Source: Cyanophora paradoxa CCMP329
Lineage: Eukaryota > Plantae > Glaucophyta
Length of the DNA stretch: 64,000 nt
Direction of reading: 5' to 3'
Assembly (NCBI GenBank): GCA_004431415.1
Contig: QPMI01000437.1
Coordinates: 346,245-410,244 of the forward strand
Shown here: in pieces, positions 43,156 to 53,755 of the stretch
Position numbering within the stretch: the first letter of the stretch is position 1
How the letters are laid out: each line of letters opens with the position of its first letter
Program-made: the position numbers and the translations under genes
Notes under the pieces: model-generated
Databases searched by the model: none
Seen by the model: the letters and a program-made list of their open reading frames with translations, nothing else
What the model was told of the DNA's origin: nothing

Positions 43156-43488
43156 ATGTCGCAGTTGATGCCTTTAGCTCAGATTGAAAAGTACTTGCCG
43201 TTGATGCGGGACAAAAAAGTATCACTTGTTGCGATTGGAGATAAGCCAAGCACACAAACAAACCTAGGTTTTCTGCAAGCTTACCGCCGATTCGGTCCTG
43301 ACGGAATCAAAAAGGAGCTCGCAACCAAAAACACAACTTGGTATCAGCGAAGAGAGAATTACATAAAGAGGCGACTGGGAGGGCGTAATGGAGCACCATT
43401 TTGGGAGAAAGATAAATCTGGCAGAACTATTCCAACACGTCTTGGACTCTCTCTGATTTCCTGGGCATTCATGCCGCCGCCTAATTAA
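43156..43488 (+). CDS. Small basic hypothetical protein
   Basis: VSLVA..GFLQAY..WYQRRENYIKRRL..PTR.GLSLISWAFMP; absent from the same position in element 1. Confidence 0.65.
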   Translation: MSQLMPLAQIEKYLPLMRDKKVSLVAIGDKPSTQTNLGFLQAYRRFGPDGIKKELATKNTTWYQRRENYIKRRLGGRNGAPFWEKDKSGRTIPTRLGLSLISWAFMPPPN

Positions 43489-44964
43489 TGTAACGTCCCC
43501 GGAAATCAAGCCGGAATGCATTCACATTTATAAATTCGTTTGTTATAATTTGCACATAGTTATATACCTGTGGGGTGATCAAGTGCGAGTCACTATGCAT
43601 TAGATCGAAGCCTGTCATAGATGGGTTTGCAGCAAGCACATTTGCTAGGACCGTGTTTTCAAATAGTGCCCCGTCTCGTAAATATCCTAAATTGGTCAGA
43701 ATGCTGAAATTAAATAGAACTCCGGCGGCAAAGGCTGGCCCATACATAATTATTTGATGTAGCTCAAAAGGCTTTGGAAACTCGACTTTAATCCAGGGAT
43801 TAGGTAAAGTGCCCCTTGGAACCCTGTTGAGTTAGGTCGAACGTGAGAAGGTGGGTGCAATTCCTCAAAGTCGTTGCTTGTGATGTTTGCATCTGGAATT
43901 ATAAACCAGTTGACATCAAATGGCGGCTCAACTGTTAAGGTAGACGATATGATAAGTCTCTCATCGTTCAGTATGTCGTAGTTCGCCAGTAGAAAGCTAC
44001 AGAGTGCATTTATTTTGTTACTGATTTCGGTTTGTTTCAGCCATAAATCAGTTGTGGAAATCAAATAAGAAATATTCGAAGGCGAGGCATCATCAAGCTT
44101 GCTCATGACTGCAGCTGGCAGCGGAACACTTAAACGCCAGTATCTAGTTAGATTCCTATCTGCATCAACTGGAAGCAGTTCCTGCATTTGAAAGTGCGAT
44201 TCCAGCTCGCTACCAGCCATTAGCATAGAAATGATTGGGCTGCCTGAGAGGGATAGAATCCAGCCCAGAGCGCCCCAGCCTGACGTCTCCGCATTTGAAA
44301 AGCCTGCAGTCAATTGCTCACTGGCTTGGACCTCGCCACAGCTAATGCTCACAAGAACAATTGGATCCTCTGCATCATAAATTTTGCTGGCGTGGCTCAG
44401 TGCAGCAACTGAGGGATTATTCAAACAGGCAATGGCCCCGTCAACAAGGTTTTTGTCCCCTAGAACCTTCGGTGGAAAGAATGTAGGCGCTGCAGAAGAT
44501 GCTCTCACTGCATCACGAATCAGCGTGCTTGAGTACGGCCCATCCTTTGTAAAGACTACGGGCTGCATCCGAACTGTATCAAACGCTGTAATTAATATGT
44601 CTTTTGTCGATTCTGCAATTGTGTAGTCCAGGGCAACGTCTGTGAGCACCGACTCTAGAGGGTTTGCATCATAACGGCTGCCTGAGAGCAAGCTTGTCAG
44701 TGATCTTGGATTTGCAAATATTGTTGGCAGGTTCGTTTGATATAGACTCAAGATATCACCTGCAGAATATCGGTAAGCGAGAACAGAGCCTGGAGTTGAT
44801 GGGATAGCCAAACCGGCCGCTATTATTGCCCCTGTCGAGGTGCCTGCAAAGAAATCAAACAGCTGTGGAATTGCTTTCCCAGTAAGCGCCTCGATCCGTT
44901 GCAGAATTCTGGCAATAATTATACCACGAGCACCTCCACCTGATAACGAGAGAATGACCTTCAT
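43481..44964 (-). CDS. Patatin-like phospholipase plus degenerate discoidin-like domain; frameshift near 43750-43810
   Basis: LSLSGGGARG, GTSTG, ASSAAPTFF, LVDGAI; final FRLDFRG matches MRVDFTG of element 1. Confidence 0.88.
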
Positions 44965-44988
44965 TTTTAAAAGGGGGCTTATATAAAA

Positions 44989-47900
44989 ATGTCCTATATC
45001 TTGAAGAAGCCAGTGCCACTTCGTAAAGCTCCAGATCTCGTGGATGATCGACATATAAATATCCGTGTATTCGGGAGTACTCTAATTGACTACAATGCTG
45101 ACAAAGATATACACCAGACCGCTTTTAATCGTCCAGCTGCGTTAATTCTGCGCAATTCACACGTCGGTGCCCCAAATATCGCACAGAGATTTTGTCTGGG
45201 TCCAGCTGAAAACTATGTTGCTGAAATAATTGGATCAAGGGCTTTACCGCGTCACCTACGCATTGCCTCCTCAGGCACAGTTTCCAAGTATGATTCTGGT
45301 AGATTAATCTTTAGGCTCCAAAATGATAGAGGGGTCCACACATCAGCTCTACGCCTAATTGATGAATCCAATGCTGTCACAAACAAGACTGCGGCTCACA
45401 TTACAGGGCGAATTCTCCTTGGCGAAGATGCAGGAATATCAGTGCTAGCATCGCAAATCCAGCCGTTTCCCTGGGATTTACTATATACTGCTGCAAGAGA
45501 GACAAATATTTTGTACGGTTTCGATGTTAATCAAATCGATACCGAGCCAGCCACCAGGTTAGATATTCCTGGATGCACCTTTGGCTCTATCCTGATTGAG
45601 GCTGACAGGCACCTGCTCCCGGCATTGCATGATAGATATGACCTAGGGCTTCGAACCAGGCAGTGGCGAAATATTCATGGAACAAGTATTTACCAAGACG
45701 GCAAAAAAGTAATCACTGAACCTGAGATAATAAACATTTTCAACTACTACTTTGGACCTATTGTCCCTATACCACCTATACCACCTCTTCCAGGGCTACC
45801 AAAGCCGCCAACGCCGGATGGACCAGGTCGAGAGCGAGTTGCCGATGAGACAATCCCATTTGGTCAAAATATTATATCATGGGAGGCTGTCAGGAATCGT
45901 CCAGTGATAGAACCCTATAAGCATCCACATGAGGAATACCTGCCGCCTGATATTGAAGTTTTCCCACTCGAAATGTACACAGAGCCGGAGGAGCAATTAA
46001 TTCCCGACGGATTAGACGTTCAAGAACTCGAGTACGAGCAGCCTGTGATTCCGCATGAGCAGCTGCTTCCAGATGGCTTTGATCCTATTTTCTTCCCCTT
46101 GGAGTTCACAGTGGACTGGGAATCTATTAACAACAAACCTGAGAATTTTCCACCGGAAGATCACAGACATAACTGGGATGAAATCGATAATAAACCGTTG
46201 CAATTTCCACCAGAAGATCATAGACACGACTGGGATGATATCGATAATAAACCGCTTAAATTTCCTCCAGAGGATCATAGACACGACTGGGGTGACCTTG
46301 ATAATGTTCCGCTTGAATTTCCACCGGAAGATCACAGACACATTTGGAGCGAAATAGATGAGCAGCCCGAGTTCGCAAAGATTGAGCTTCCTGTCACACT
46401 AGCTGTCTCTCTCTACAAATCAATTAACACCCCTGAAAGGTTATATTTGAATGACCACTATGTCCACAGGCAGGGAATTCGTGCTAACACTGACATGTCA
46501 GGCTCTTTGTTTATAAGGATTCCCCGTGGAATGGAGATAGTTGCTGCTGGCGGGAATATCGGTTTGCAGGACACGTTCCCAAGTATTTATGTCACAAACT
46601 ACTACGCCTCTGACATCGAAATGACATCTGTTCTACCTCCTTTGCCTTCACTGCCGTTAGATCCTCTCTCCCATGCTGATTTTCATTCTGCAATCCAGAT
46701 TAATGTAACAGATGTTAGCGATTTAGATTCATCGAGACCGAAATTGGTATTTAGCCGTGAACGCCTTTTACCCGAAGCTTTAATTGGAAACCGAGACGAT
46801 TATAAAAAATGTGAAATAGCATGGATTAAAACGAATTATAATGGTGGAGTTGGCGAGGGAGTTTTAGAAATAAATCAGAGGGCAGCAGCAAAGAACATTC
46901 ACAACGAGACAATATCCAGAGTGGTTACAGAGGATTATCTTCAAGCCCAAAACTACGTAGACGAAGCAGAGCTCGCATTAGTTATTGCAGGTCTAGCTGT
47001 GACAGGAAATTACCTTCCCTTGACAGGAGGAACTATTGACGGAACAGTGACTGCCGACAACTTTTTTGTTCACACTGAAAATGATCAAGTCTTCCCTGTG
47101 ATTCACCCAGGAGCCGAATACGAAATTCCTATTGATCCTGCTATCATGCCCATCAAAATCGATCTCCCTTCGGATTATGTAGGAAGGGGTGAACTGAAAA
47201 CCGTTTCGTTCTCAGGAGACTATAATGATCTTATTAACAAACCTACTGCGGCGAATCTACACCCTGTTGCATTTTCGGGGAGTTTCCTCGATCTTAATAA
47301 TAGATCCCACACCCACACAAGAGCAGAGATTACAGATTTCGCACACACTCACACCAAGTCCCAAATAACAGATTTTGCACACTATCACACCCGAGCAGAT
47401 ATTACGAATTTCGCCCACACTCATGTTAAATCAGAGATTCTAGATCTTGGAAATGTTGCATATGTTGGGCACACCCACACTAAGGCAGAGATTACAGATC
47501 TTGGAAATGTTGCGTATGTAGGTCACACCCACACAAAGGCAGAGATTACAGATTTTGCACACACTCATGATTGGAATACAGATATTTATAACAAACCAGC
47601 GATTTTTTCGGGCAACTACAATGACCTGACCAATAAACCCACCCTCGATCCCTTTACAGCTACCACCATCAGAGCGAACAACACAATGTATGTAGGATCA
47701 GGTCAGATTGTAGAACCAGCAGGACCTATGTTTGATGAAACATGGTTTTTCCACAATTCGCAAAATTACTTCGATAAAACCTTACTTGTTCGTGGAAATG
47801 CCTATGCAAGAAACTTTTATGCTATGAACCCTTCAAATAATCAGACTATCAGTAGATGCATTACAGAAGCGGATCTATCCAGTCAACTCAATGCGTATTT

Positions 47901-48195
47901 TAATGGGAAAATAAAAGCAGGAAAGTATGTTTACACTACTCCTGTTTTGAACTACAATAATTTATATGTGTTCAATCTTACCATCTATTTCAGTAGTGCC
48001 TTTGCTTCTCCTCCTGTTGTGACAGCAACAGTAAGGCATGAAGGGCAGGCAAATGCTACAACACCAGTCATATTTACTGTGAACCTGTTAAATGTTTACA
48101 GTGACTATTTCACATGTGAACTTTTCACTGATCCATATGCAATGGACAATACAGCCAAAACTGTAACAATCCATTACATTGCTGTCGCAATTTAA
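44989..48195 (+). CDS. Fibre/spike protein with phage-tail-like HxH repeats and H-type-lectin-like tip
   Basis: N-terminal ~680 aa homologous to the element-1 fibre; FPPEDHRH x4 (57-bp period), HTH-type repeats about x7; tip IYFSSAFASPPVVTAT..IHYIAVA. Confidence 0.85.
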   Translation: MSYILKKPVPLRKAPDLVDDRHINIRVFGSTLIDYNADKDIHQTAFNRPAALILRNSHVGAPNIAQRFCLGPAENYVAEIIGSRALPRHLRIASSGTVSKYDSGRLIFRLQNDRGVHTSALRLIDESNAVTNKTAAHITGRILLGEDAGISVLASQIQPFPWDLLYTAARETNILYGFDVNQIDTEPATRLDIPGCTFGSILIEADRHLLPALHDRYDLGLRTRQWRNIHGTSIYQDGKKVITEPEIINIFNYYFGPIVPIPPIPPLPGLPKPPTPDGPGRERVADETIPFGQNIISWEAVRNRPVIEPYKHPHEEYLPPDIEVFPLEMYTEPEEQLIPDGLDVQELEYEQPVIPHEQLLPDGFDPIFFPLEFTVDWESINNKPENFPPEDHRHNWDEIDNKPLQFPPEDHRHDWDDIDNKPLKFPPEDHRHDWGDLDNVPLEFPPEDHRHIWSEIDEQPEFAKIELPVTLAVSLYKSINTPERLYLNDHYVHRQGIRANTDMSGSLFIRIPRGMEIVAAGGNIGLQDTFPSIYVTNYYASDIEMTSVLPPLPSLPLDPLSHADFHSAIQINVTDVSDLDSSRPKLVFSRERLLPEALIGNRDDYKKCEIAWIKTNYNGGVGEGVLEINQRAAAKNIHNETISRVVTEDYLQAQNYVDEAELALVIAGLAVTGNYLPLTGGTIDGTVTADNFFVHTENDQVFPVIHPGAEYEIPIDPAIMPIKIDLPSDYVGRGELKTVSFSGDYNDLINKPTAANLHPVAFSGSFLDLNNRSHTHTRAEITDFAHTHTKSQITDFAHYHTRADITNFAHTHVKSEILDLGNVAYVGHTHTKAEITDLGNVAYVGHTHTKAEITDFAHTHDWNTDIYNKPAIFSGNYNDLTNKPTLDPFTATTIRANNTMYVGSGQIVEPAGPMFDETWFFHNSQNYFDKTLLVRGNAYARNFYAMNPSNNQTISRCITEADLSSQLNAYFNGKIKAGKYVYTTPVLNYNNLYVFNLTIYFSSAFASPPVVTATVRHEGQANATTPVIFTVNLLNVYSDYFTCELFTDPYAMDNTAKTVTIHYIAVAI

Positions 48196-48214
48196 CTATT
48201 TCGTAATTATAAAG

Positions 48215-49285
48215 ATGACCTCTCTATTAGAAATCCCAAACTATGAACTCGCCGCAAAATCACTTCACAGCACCTCTCATGGAGTAGTTGATTCAACCCC
48301 TGAGTATATTTCCACAGAAACTTCAAGCAATACCTCTTTCACAGAGAATAGTATACTCAGAGTCAAAGAAATTCGATGTGATCGAAATGGAGGCAAGATT
48401 AGAACCACAGGCATTATAATCTCGAATAAAAATCAAGTTCAAGCAGGGCAGGTAGTCCCCGATTCAGCAATATATGATAATGTGGGTGGATTCACCACAG
48501 CAAAGATAGTTACTTTTGATAACACAAGTAATAACTCGGCTCTTGTGGTCAAGAGTGGAGGGGCATACATTGGTGATGGAGCAATTGTGGTGGGGACTGT
48601 CACAGCAAATCAATTTAATGTGAATGGAACAAGTTCATTTACAGGATTGATGACCTTCAATGGTGGACTCTCGGGAACTGTTAGCGTTGAAACTCGAAAA
48701 GCAACCACAAGAGTTCAAACACCTGAGATAGACAATGGGACAAATGTGAATATGAATTACAAACGAAACGGAGATACCATTTTCACTCTCGAAAAGACAA
48801 TAACAGATCTGAATGTAATCACAATCCCGGAAAATAGTGGTCTGAAACGAACCTATTGTCCAAGAATGAATATATCAAGACAAGCTCCTGGTATGACAGG
48901 GACAGTAATACTTAACACTGCAACAGCATTTTCCTTTACAGGTGGAGCTTATTTTGTAAACAATGAGGGAAACTTTGCATCCACAAAATTTACAGCTCCT
49001 GTTTCCGGAGTATATAGGGTGTTCTTTGCATGCATGAGAGCTGGCACAACCTCTTATACTCATATTGCTACCAGCATTTATTTAAATGGAAATCCTACAA
49101 CCCTCCAAACAAGAGTTTCAATGCCGTCCGCGGGGATTTCTAATACATTTGTAACTCCAATTTCATTTGAAGTTTTACTTTCTCTTATTCAAGGTGACTC
49201 CTTTGATATGCGCAATAGTTCTGGTGCCACTCTTCAATTTGATATCAGATACTATCTTTCTTGTGATCTTGTTAGTGCTACATAA
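48215..49285 (+). CDS. Accessory family protein with C1q-like C-terminal domain
   Basis: Shared RVKEIRCDRNGGKIRTT..SGGAYIGDG; C-terminal FTAPVSGVYRVFF..LSLIQGDSFDMR. Confidence 0.78.
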   Translation: MTSLLEIPNYELAAKSLHSTSHGVVDSTPEYISTETSSNTSFTENSILRVKEIRCDRNGGKIRTTGIIISNKNQVQAGQVVPDSAIYDNVGGFTTAKIVTFDNTSNNSALVVKSGGAYIGDGAIVVGTVTANQFNVNGTSSFTGLMTFNGGLSGTVSVETRKATTRVQTPEIDNGTNVNMNYKRNGDTIFTLEKTITDLNVITIPENSGLKRTYCPRMNISRQAPGMTGTVILNTATAFSFTGGAYFVNNEGNFASTKFTAPVSGVYRVFFACMRAGTTSYTHIATSIYLNGNPTTLQTRVSMPSAGISNTFVTPISFEVLLSLIQGDSFDMRNSSGATLQFDIRYYLSCDLVSAT

Positions 49286-49307
49286 TATTATCTGTATAGT
49301 ATAAAGA

Positions 49308-50328
49308 ATGTCTACACAAATTGCTGTTCCTGTTTTCTGTTATGCCGCCCCAAAAATACATCAACTGAACCATACAGTAACAGATGCAACACCTGGGTTT
49401 ATTTGCACAGAAACAACAGGGGCTGATTCGTTTTCACAGAACTCTGTGATTAGATGTAAAGAAATTCGATGTGATCGCAATGGGGGAAAAGTGAGAACCA
49501 CAGGTCTCATTGTATCTAACAAGAACCAAGTCCAATCAGGTCAAATTGTTTCAGATACAGCAATTTATGACAATGTGGGAGGGTTCACCACACCCAAAAT
49601 AGTTACTTTTGATAATACAATTAATAATGCTGCTCTTTCAGTTAGAAGTGGAGGGGCATATATTGGAGATGGGGCAAGGATTGATGGAACTCTAACAGCC
49701 AATCAAGTGAACATTACAGGAACAAGCACATTTACAGGTTCAGTAACAGCCCATGGAGGCATAAGTATTCCAGAAACAACACAATCGATAATAACAGCAA
49801 CTTCCAAGGTGGTCACACCTGAAATCGATACAGGAGCAGATGTAAATCTTGTTTTGAAACGCAATAGTGATGTTTTGGCTACTCTTGAAGCCAATCGCTT
49901 GACAATTAATACAAATTGTTATTTAAAATATGATTTTCAGCCTCGATTTTCTGTTCAACTTAATTATCCTCATGTTGCTACCAGTGAAACTGCTCTTATC
50001 AATTGGGGGGTAGTGTTTGTGAATAATAGGGGGCATTCAATGTGGGTAATGGTAGGTTCACTGCTCCTGTTGCAGGTCATTACAGATTTACAGCATATAC
50101 CCATTCAACATCAAGTAGTCCAATAAGTCTCTCTTTAAAAGTAAATGACCAAGACCCAGGGGTCAAAGTATTATAACACAAAATAACTCCACTCTCACGA
50201 ATAAACCGCTTTACATTAGTGTAATTCTCAACATTGCTATGGGTGAGTATGTAACACTTGTAACAAATAATGGGGGTAGCTACACAAATCGAACAACATT
50301 CACAGGTGAGCTTCTCAGTCTCACATAA
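49308..50328 (+). CDS. Second C1q-tipped accessory paralogue, frameshifted after ~50030
   Basis: N-terminal half nearly duplicates 48215. Shifted frames read GRFTAPVAGHYRFTAY and end YTNRTTFTGELLSLT*. Confidence 0.72.
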
Positions 50329-50349
50329 TTTTCTCTCTATAAAATAGGA

Positions 50350-50613
50350 ATGTCGAATATATACCAAGTGGCTCTCTCAGATATTGAAAAGTTGGGAATG
50401 GAATATTGCGCTGCTTCTGTTCAGGATTGGATTGATAATGTTGTTCATAACAGGGCAAGAATCGCAATTGATGATATTGTTCAGAAAGAGATTCAATCTT
50501 GCATCTCATCAGGGGTTCAGATACCAACCTCTAAGGAAGCGATTGTATTACAGGCATTCCAAAGGGGAACTGTAAAGAAAGGCATCGAGTATAACAATGT
50601 CACAGAAGAGTAG
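50350..50613 (+). CDS. Small hypothetical protein following C1q genes
   Basis: QDWIDNVVHNRARIAIDDIV..QIPTSKEAIV; resembles (from recall) small proteins beside C1q fibres in tailed phages. Confidence 0.65.
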   Translation: MSNIYQVALSDIEKLGMEYCAASVQDWIDNVVHNRARIAIDDIVQKEIQSCISSGVQIPTSKEAIVLQAFQRGTVKKGIEYNNVTEE

Positions 50614-50671
50614 CAGAGCTAGCGCTATAGCTTGTCTGCAGCCTATTTTTTTTCTCTCGCGTTTCTATCAA

Positions 50672-51518
50672 ATGACCGAGTACAATCGGGTCCAGCTCCC
50701 GATCTACTCGCTGGGCTCCCCAGCCATCCATATGAGACAGCATGAAGTTAGCGATGCTATTGCTGGATTAGAGTCCACTGAGCGGCCAAATTCAACTAAC
50801 GCCTTTGATCAGCGATCAGTGATTCGGTGTAAAGAATTGCGCGCAGATAAAAACTCTGGGTTGTCAAAACAACTAGATTACTAGTTACAAACGCGAATTT
50901 CTCCCAGCCCATAACAGGGGAGTTGATTCGTACAGTGTTGACCTCCGAAGCATAAACTACGATCAAAACACTGCTGCTCTCACTGTGCGTTCCGGAGGGG
51001 CAGCTATTACCGGAGCCTGCCGAGTTAGTGGAGGGCTTTCGTCATCGATTGCCATTAATGATGTCCCGGACTTTTCATTAGAGAATGCTGAAAATCGTAA
51101 ACGAGTTCGCATGTATGTACCCTGCTGTGACCTTCCCTATGCACAGGCTTTAGTAGAAGTTGAGATAACAATAGCTAATTCAAGTACACCTAATGGTCTG
51201 GATGGTGAGAGGTTGCTTTCAAACAGAGAAATCCCTAAAGCATTACAATCTCTCTGCCAAGATCAAAATGATCAGATAGGGCATGTGTACACGTTCTTTG
51301 TCCAAGGTCTTGGGCATGCTGGACGGGGATATGTAGTTCGTAATATCAATACAAGGCATCTTTTCGATTTATACGCTACTGCGATAGGCAGATACTCTAT
51401 CCTAATCATCGGCTATCGCTCCGATGTGGCTGCATCAGTGGCTACTAGAGGGCTGAACGTTGATCCAGCACTGAATAATATGTATGAGGAAGGCAATCCG
51501 GAAAATCCTATACCTTGA
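50672..51518 (+). CDS. Accessory family protein A, frameshifted in ~50860-50930
   Basis: MTEYNRVQLPIYSLGSPA..KELRADKNSG; RSGGAAITGACRVSG; orthologue of 20605-21480. Confidence 0.75.
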
Positions 51519-51528
51519 TAAAGAACGT

Positions 51529-52056
51529 TTATGCTTCAGCTGGAAAATTTAGACGGATAAATGAACGATCTGTCTCACTGGTGTGTGCTAGAGCAAAAGC
51601 ATCACGGGCTCTGGCAGCTTGCTCTGCAGTAGAGAAATAGCCAATGTGTTTCTTGCGTCCATCTATTCTAAATTGAGCTCGCCATTTGTTCTTAGATGTG
51701 TAAAAGCTTACTCCTACAAAACCACTCGAATTATTCTTTTGAAGCAATTGATTCAAATTTTGCTGCTTATTTGTAGCCAGGCGGAGGTTCTCACGTCTGT
51801 TATCTAGTTTATTACAGTTGATGTGATCAATAGAAAACCCTGGATTGATCGCTCCTACTATTAATTGATGCATTGTTGTTGTTGTCCTATTTCCGTTCAC
51901 AATAATACTACATCTAGCATAACCCTTTTTATTAAGATTCCAACGTTTTTCATTAACTAGCTCTGCATCAGCTGCTAATATGAAAGAATGTGCTACTATT
52001 CCATTTCGCCCGTAAATTGGAATTGCAATCGCTCCATTGGGAATTTCGATCTCCAT
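51529..52056 (-). CDS. HNH endonuclease with AP2 domain (second copy)
   Basis: IDHINCNKLDNRRENLRLAT; KKHIGYFSTAEQAARARD; close paralogue of 37728-38303. Confidence 0.92.
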   Translation of the reverse strand: MEIEIPNGAIAIPIYGRNGIVAHSFILAADAELVNEKRWNLNKKGYARCSIIVNGNRTTTTMHQLIVGAINPGFSIDHINCNKLDNRRENLRLATNKQQNLNQLLQKNNSSGFVGVSFYTSKNKWRAQFRIDGRKKHIGYFSTAEQAARARDAFALAHTSETDRSFIRLNFPAEA

Positions 52057-52118
52057 CTGTCTAGCCTTCCTTGTTCCTTGCTTTTTTATGCATTCATTTT
52101 CTTTAAGTCATAACAATA

Positions 52119-52954
52119 ATGGCTGAAGCTGTTGAAAGAATTGTTGTTCCAACTTTAACCCTTGCGGCCCCAGTAAATCACGTCCTGCAGCACGCCATCT
52201 CAGATGACGTCCCCGGCCTACAATCAACGGAGCAGCAGCCAACTCTAAACACCTTCCGAGAAAATCACATTTTACGTTTAGGAGAGGTTCGATGTGACAA
52301 AAATAATGGCACTATTAAAACGACTAATCTCCTTGTAACTAATGCTAATTTTAATGCGCATTATGGCGATCCTGATAGCTATGACGATGCTAACAAGGTT
52401 AATACTTTTACCTACGAATCAAGAATAGGAGCTGTGACCTGCAGATTTGGAGGTGCTTATATTGGAGATGGTCTGAGAGTGGGTGGCGCTGCTTGCGCCC
52501 CTATATTTGTTAATGATCAACCTAACCCTGAAAACACTAATGAAAGAATCAGAACGTATGTTCCTGGTATGAATTTGCCTTATATCATCAAACTATTCAC
52601 GCTAAATATAAATGAGCAAACATCGATCGTAGATAACGTTCAGCCACTCGGAAATCACTTCAAGAGTGTTGTTGATATTCCCCTGATATCTATTTCCTTT
52701 GTAGGAGGAATGATGCTCTCCGGCCAAACATAGCTGTTTTAATCAATCCGATCGACAATTTTGGTGTCGCTTTCCATTCTACTCCAGTGGGGGTTGAAGA
52801 TTACCAGTTTATTGTGAGGGCTACGCTCATGGGGGCCTACAAAATTATTCTATTTGCCGAAAGAACAGATGCAATTGCAAATGGTGTCAAGTACGGGGAA
52901 ACGTTCAATTCGAATCGTTATTTCCCAATTGGTGGGGCTGATCCCAACCCATAG
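52119..52954 (+). CDS. Accessory family protein B, frameshift near 52680
   Basis: Matches 21482-22314 through NRYFPI at the end. Confidence 0.75.
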
Positions 52955-52985
52955 AATCTTTGTTTTTATATATAGCCCATACTAG

Positions 52986-53330
52986 ATGGATTTGCTCCGT
53001 AAATGCATGGAGATGTTCCATCTCAACGTCACCAGCAAATTGAAATGCAGCTGCTGCGAGACAACTATTAACCTCGAAATATCTGACACTGAGGGGTCGC
53101 GCACCCCTGATACTCAGCTATCGCCTAATAACACACCTGGGACTTCAAGGTCCAATTCTCCTTTTACACGATCCGACTCACCTGTACCATGGCTTGATTC
53201 TGATAACCGAAGATCGTCTTGGCCACCCCCAAATATCCCAAAGCCCCTGAAAAGAAAGAAGTCCCTGCTATCAAGTTTCAGAAAGGAGAAGACTCCAGTT
53301 TCGGAAAAGCAACCAGATCAAGTGGAATGA
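52986..53330 (+). CDS. Small Cys-rich N-terminal protein with S/P-rich tail
   Basis: Homologue of 6645-6917; stop codon overlaps the inner edge of the right TIR. Confidence 0.72.
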   Translation: MDLLRKCMEMFHLNVTSKLKCSCCETTINLEISDTEGSRTPDTQLSPNNTPGTSRSNSPFTRSDSPVPWLDSDNRRSSWPPPNIPKPLKRKKSLLSSFRKEKTPVSEKQPDQVE

Positions 53331-53755
53331 GGCCGCACCAGACCGCTCTGGGGGCCCGTCCTTACGTGCGGCTATAGCTTAACGCTTTTTCCTCGTTTAG
53401 CTTCTCTGTACACATCAATTACATCTAGCTAGAGCTTAACACGTTTCCTCGTTTAGCTTCTCTGTACTCATTAATATCGCCTAGCCTATTCTGCCACGTT
53501 GTTCTACAGACCGCGCTCAAGGGGGCAGCGCTCCTCTTCGTCTATTCTAGTTGTCAGCTCTGCCCTGAATAGTCGTTAGATATTTCTTTGTTAAGACTCC
53601 GACCCGAGTCTGGTAGACCTGGGAATTTGAGTCTCGTAGACGTACAAGGTGAATTAACTGAAGAGGGGCTGGAGGTATACACTGGAAACGCATGGAATCG
53701 GGGGCAATGGAGCGAAGCGGAATTGCCCGGGTGTGAGGTCCATGCGTATACAACA
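53329..53755 (-). repeat. Right terminal inverted repeat (427 bp)
   Basis: Ends GTATACAACA; reverse complement of 31211-31637. Confidence 0.96.

Larger units (their letters stand above)
31211..53755. mobile_element. Complete endogenous Polinton/Maverick-like virus, element 2 (22,545 bp)
   Basis: 427-bp TIRs, 6-bp TSD, pPolB, rve integrase, A32 ATPase, MCP, two penton-like genes, fibres. Confidence 0.96.

Noticed and set aside
1-53755. Classical virophage (Lavidaviridae) or bacterial prophage
   Set aside because: No virophage cysteine protease recognised; no terminase, portal or HK97 capsid; element 2 has Polinton-type TIR/TSD in intron-rich eukaryotic DNA.
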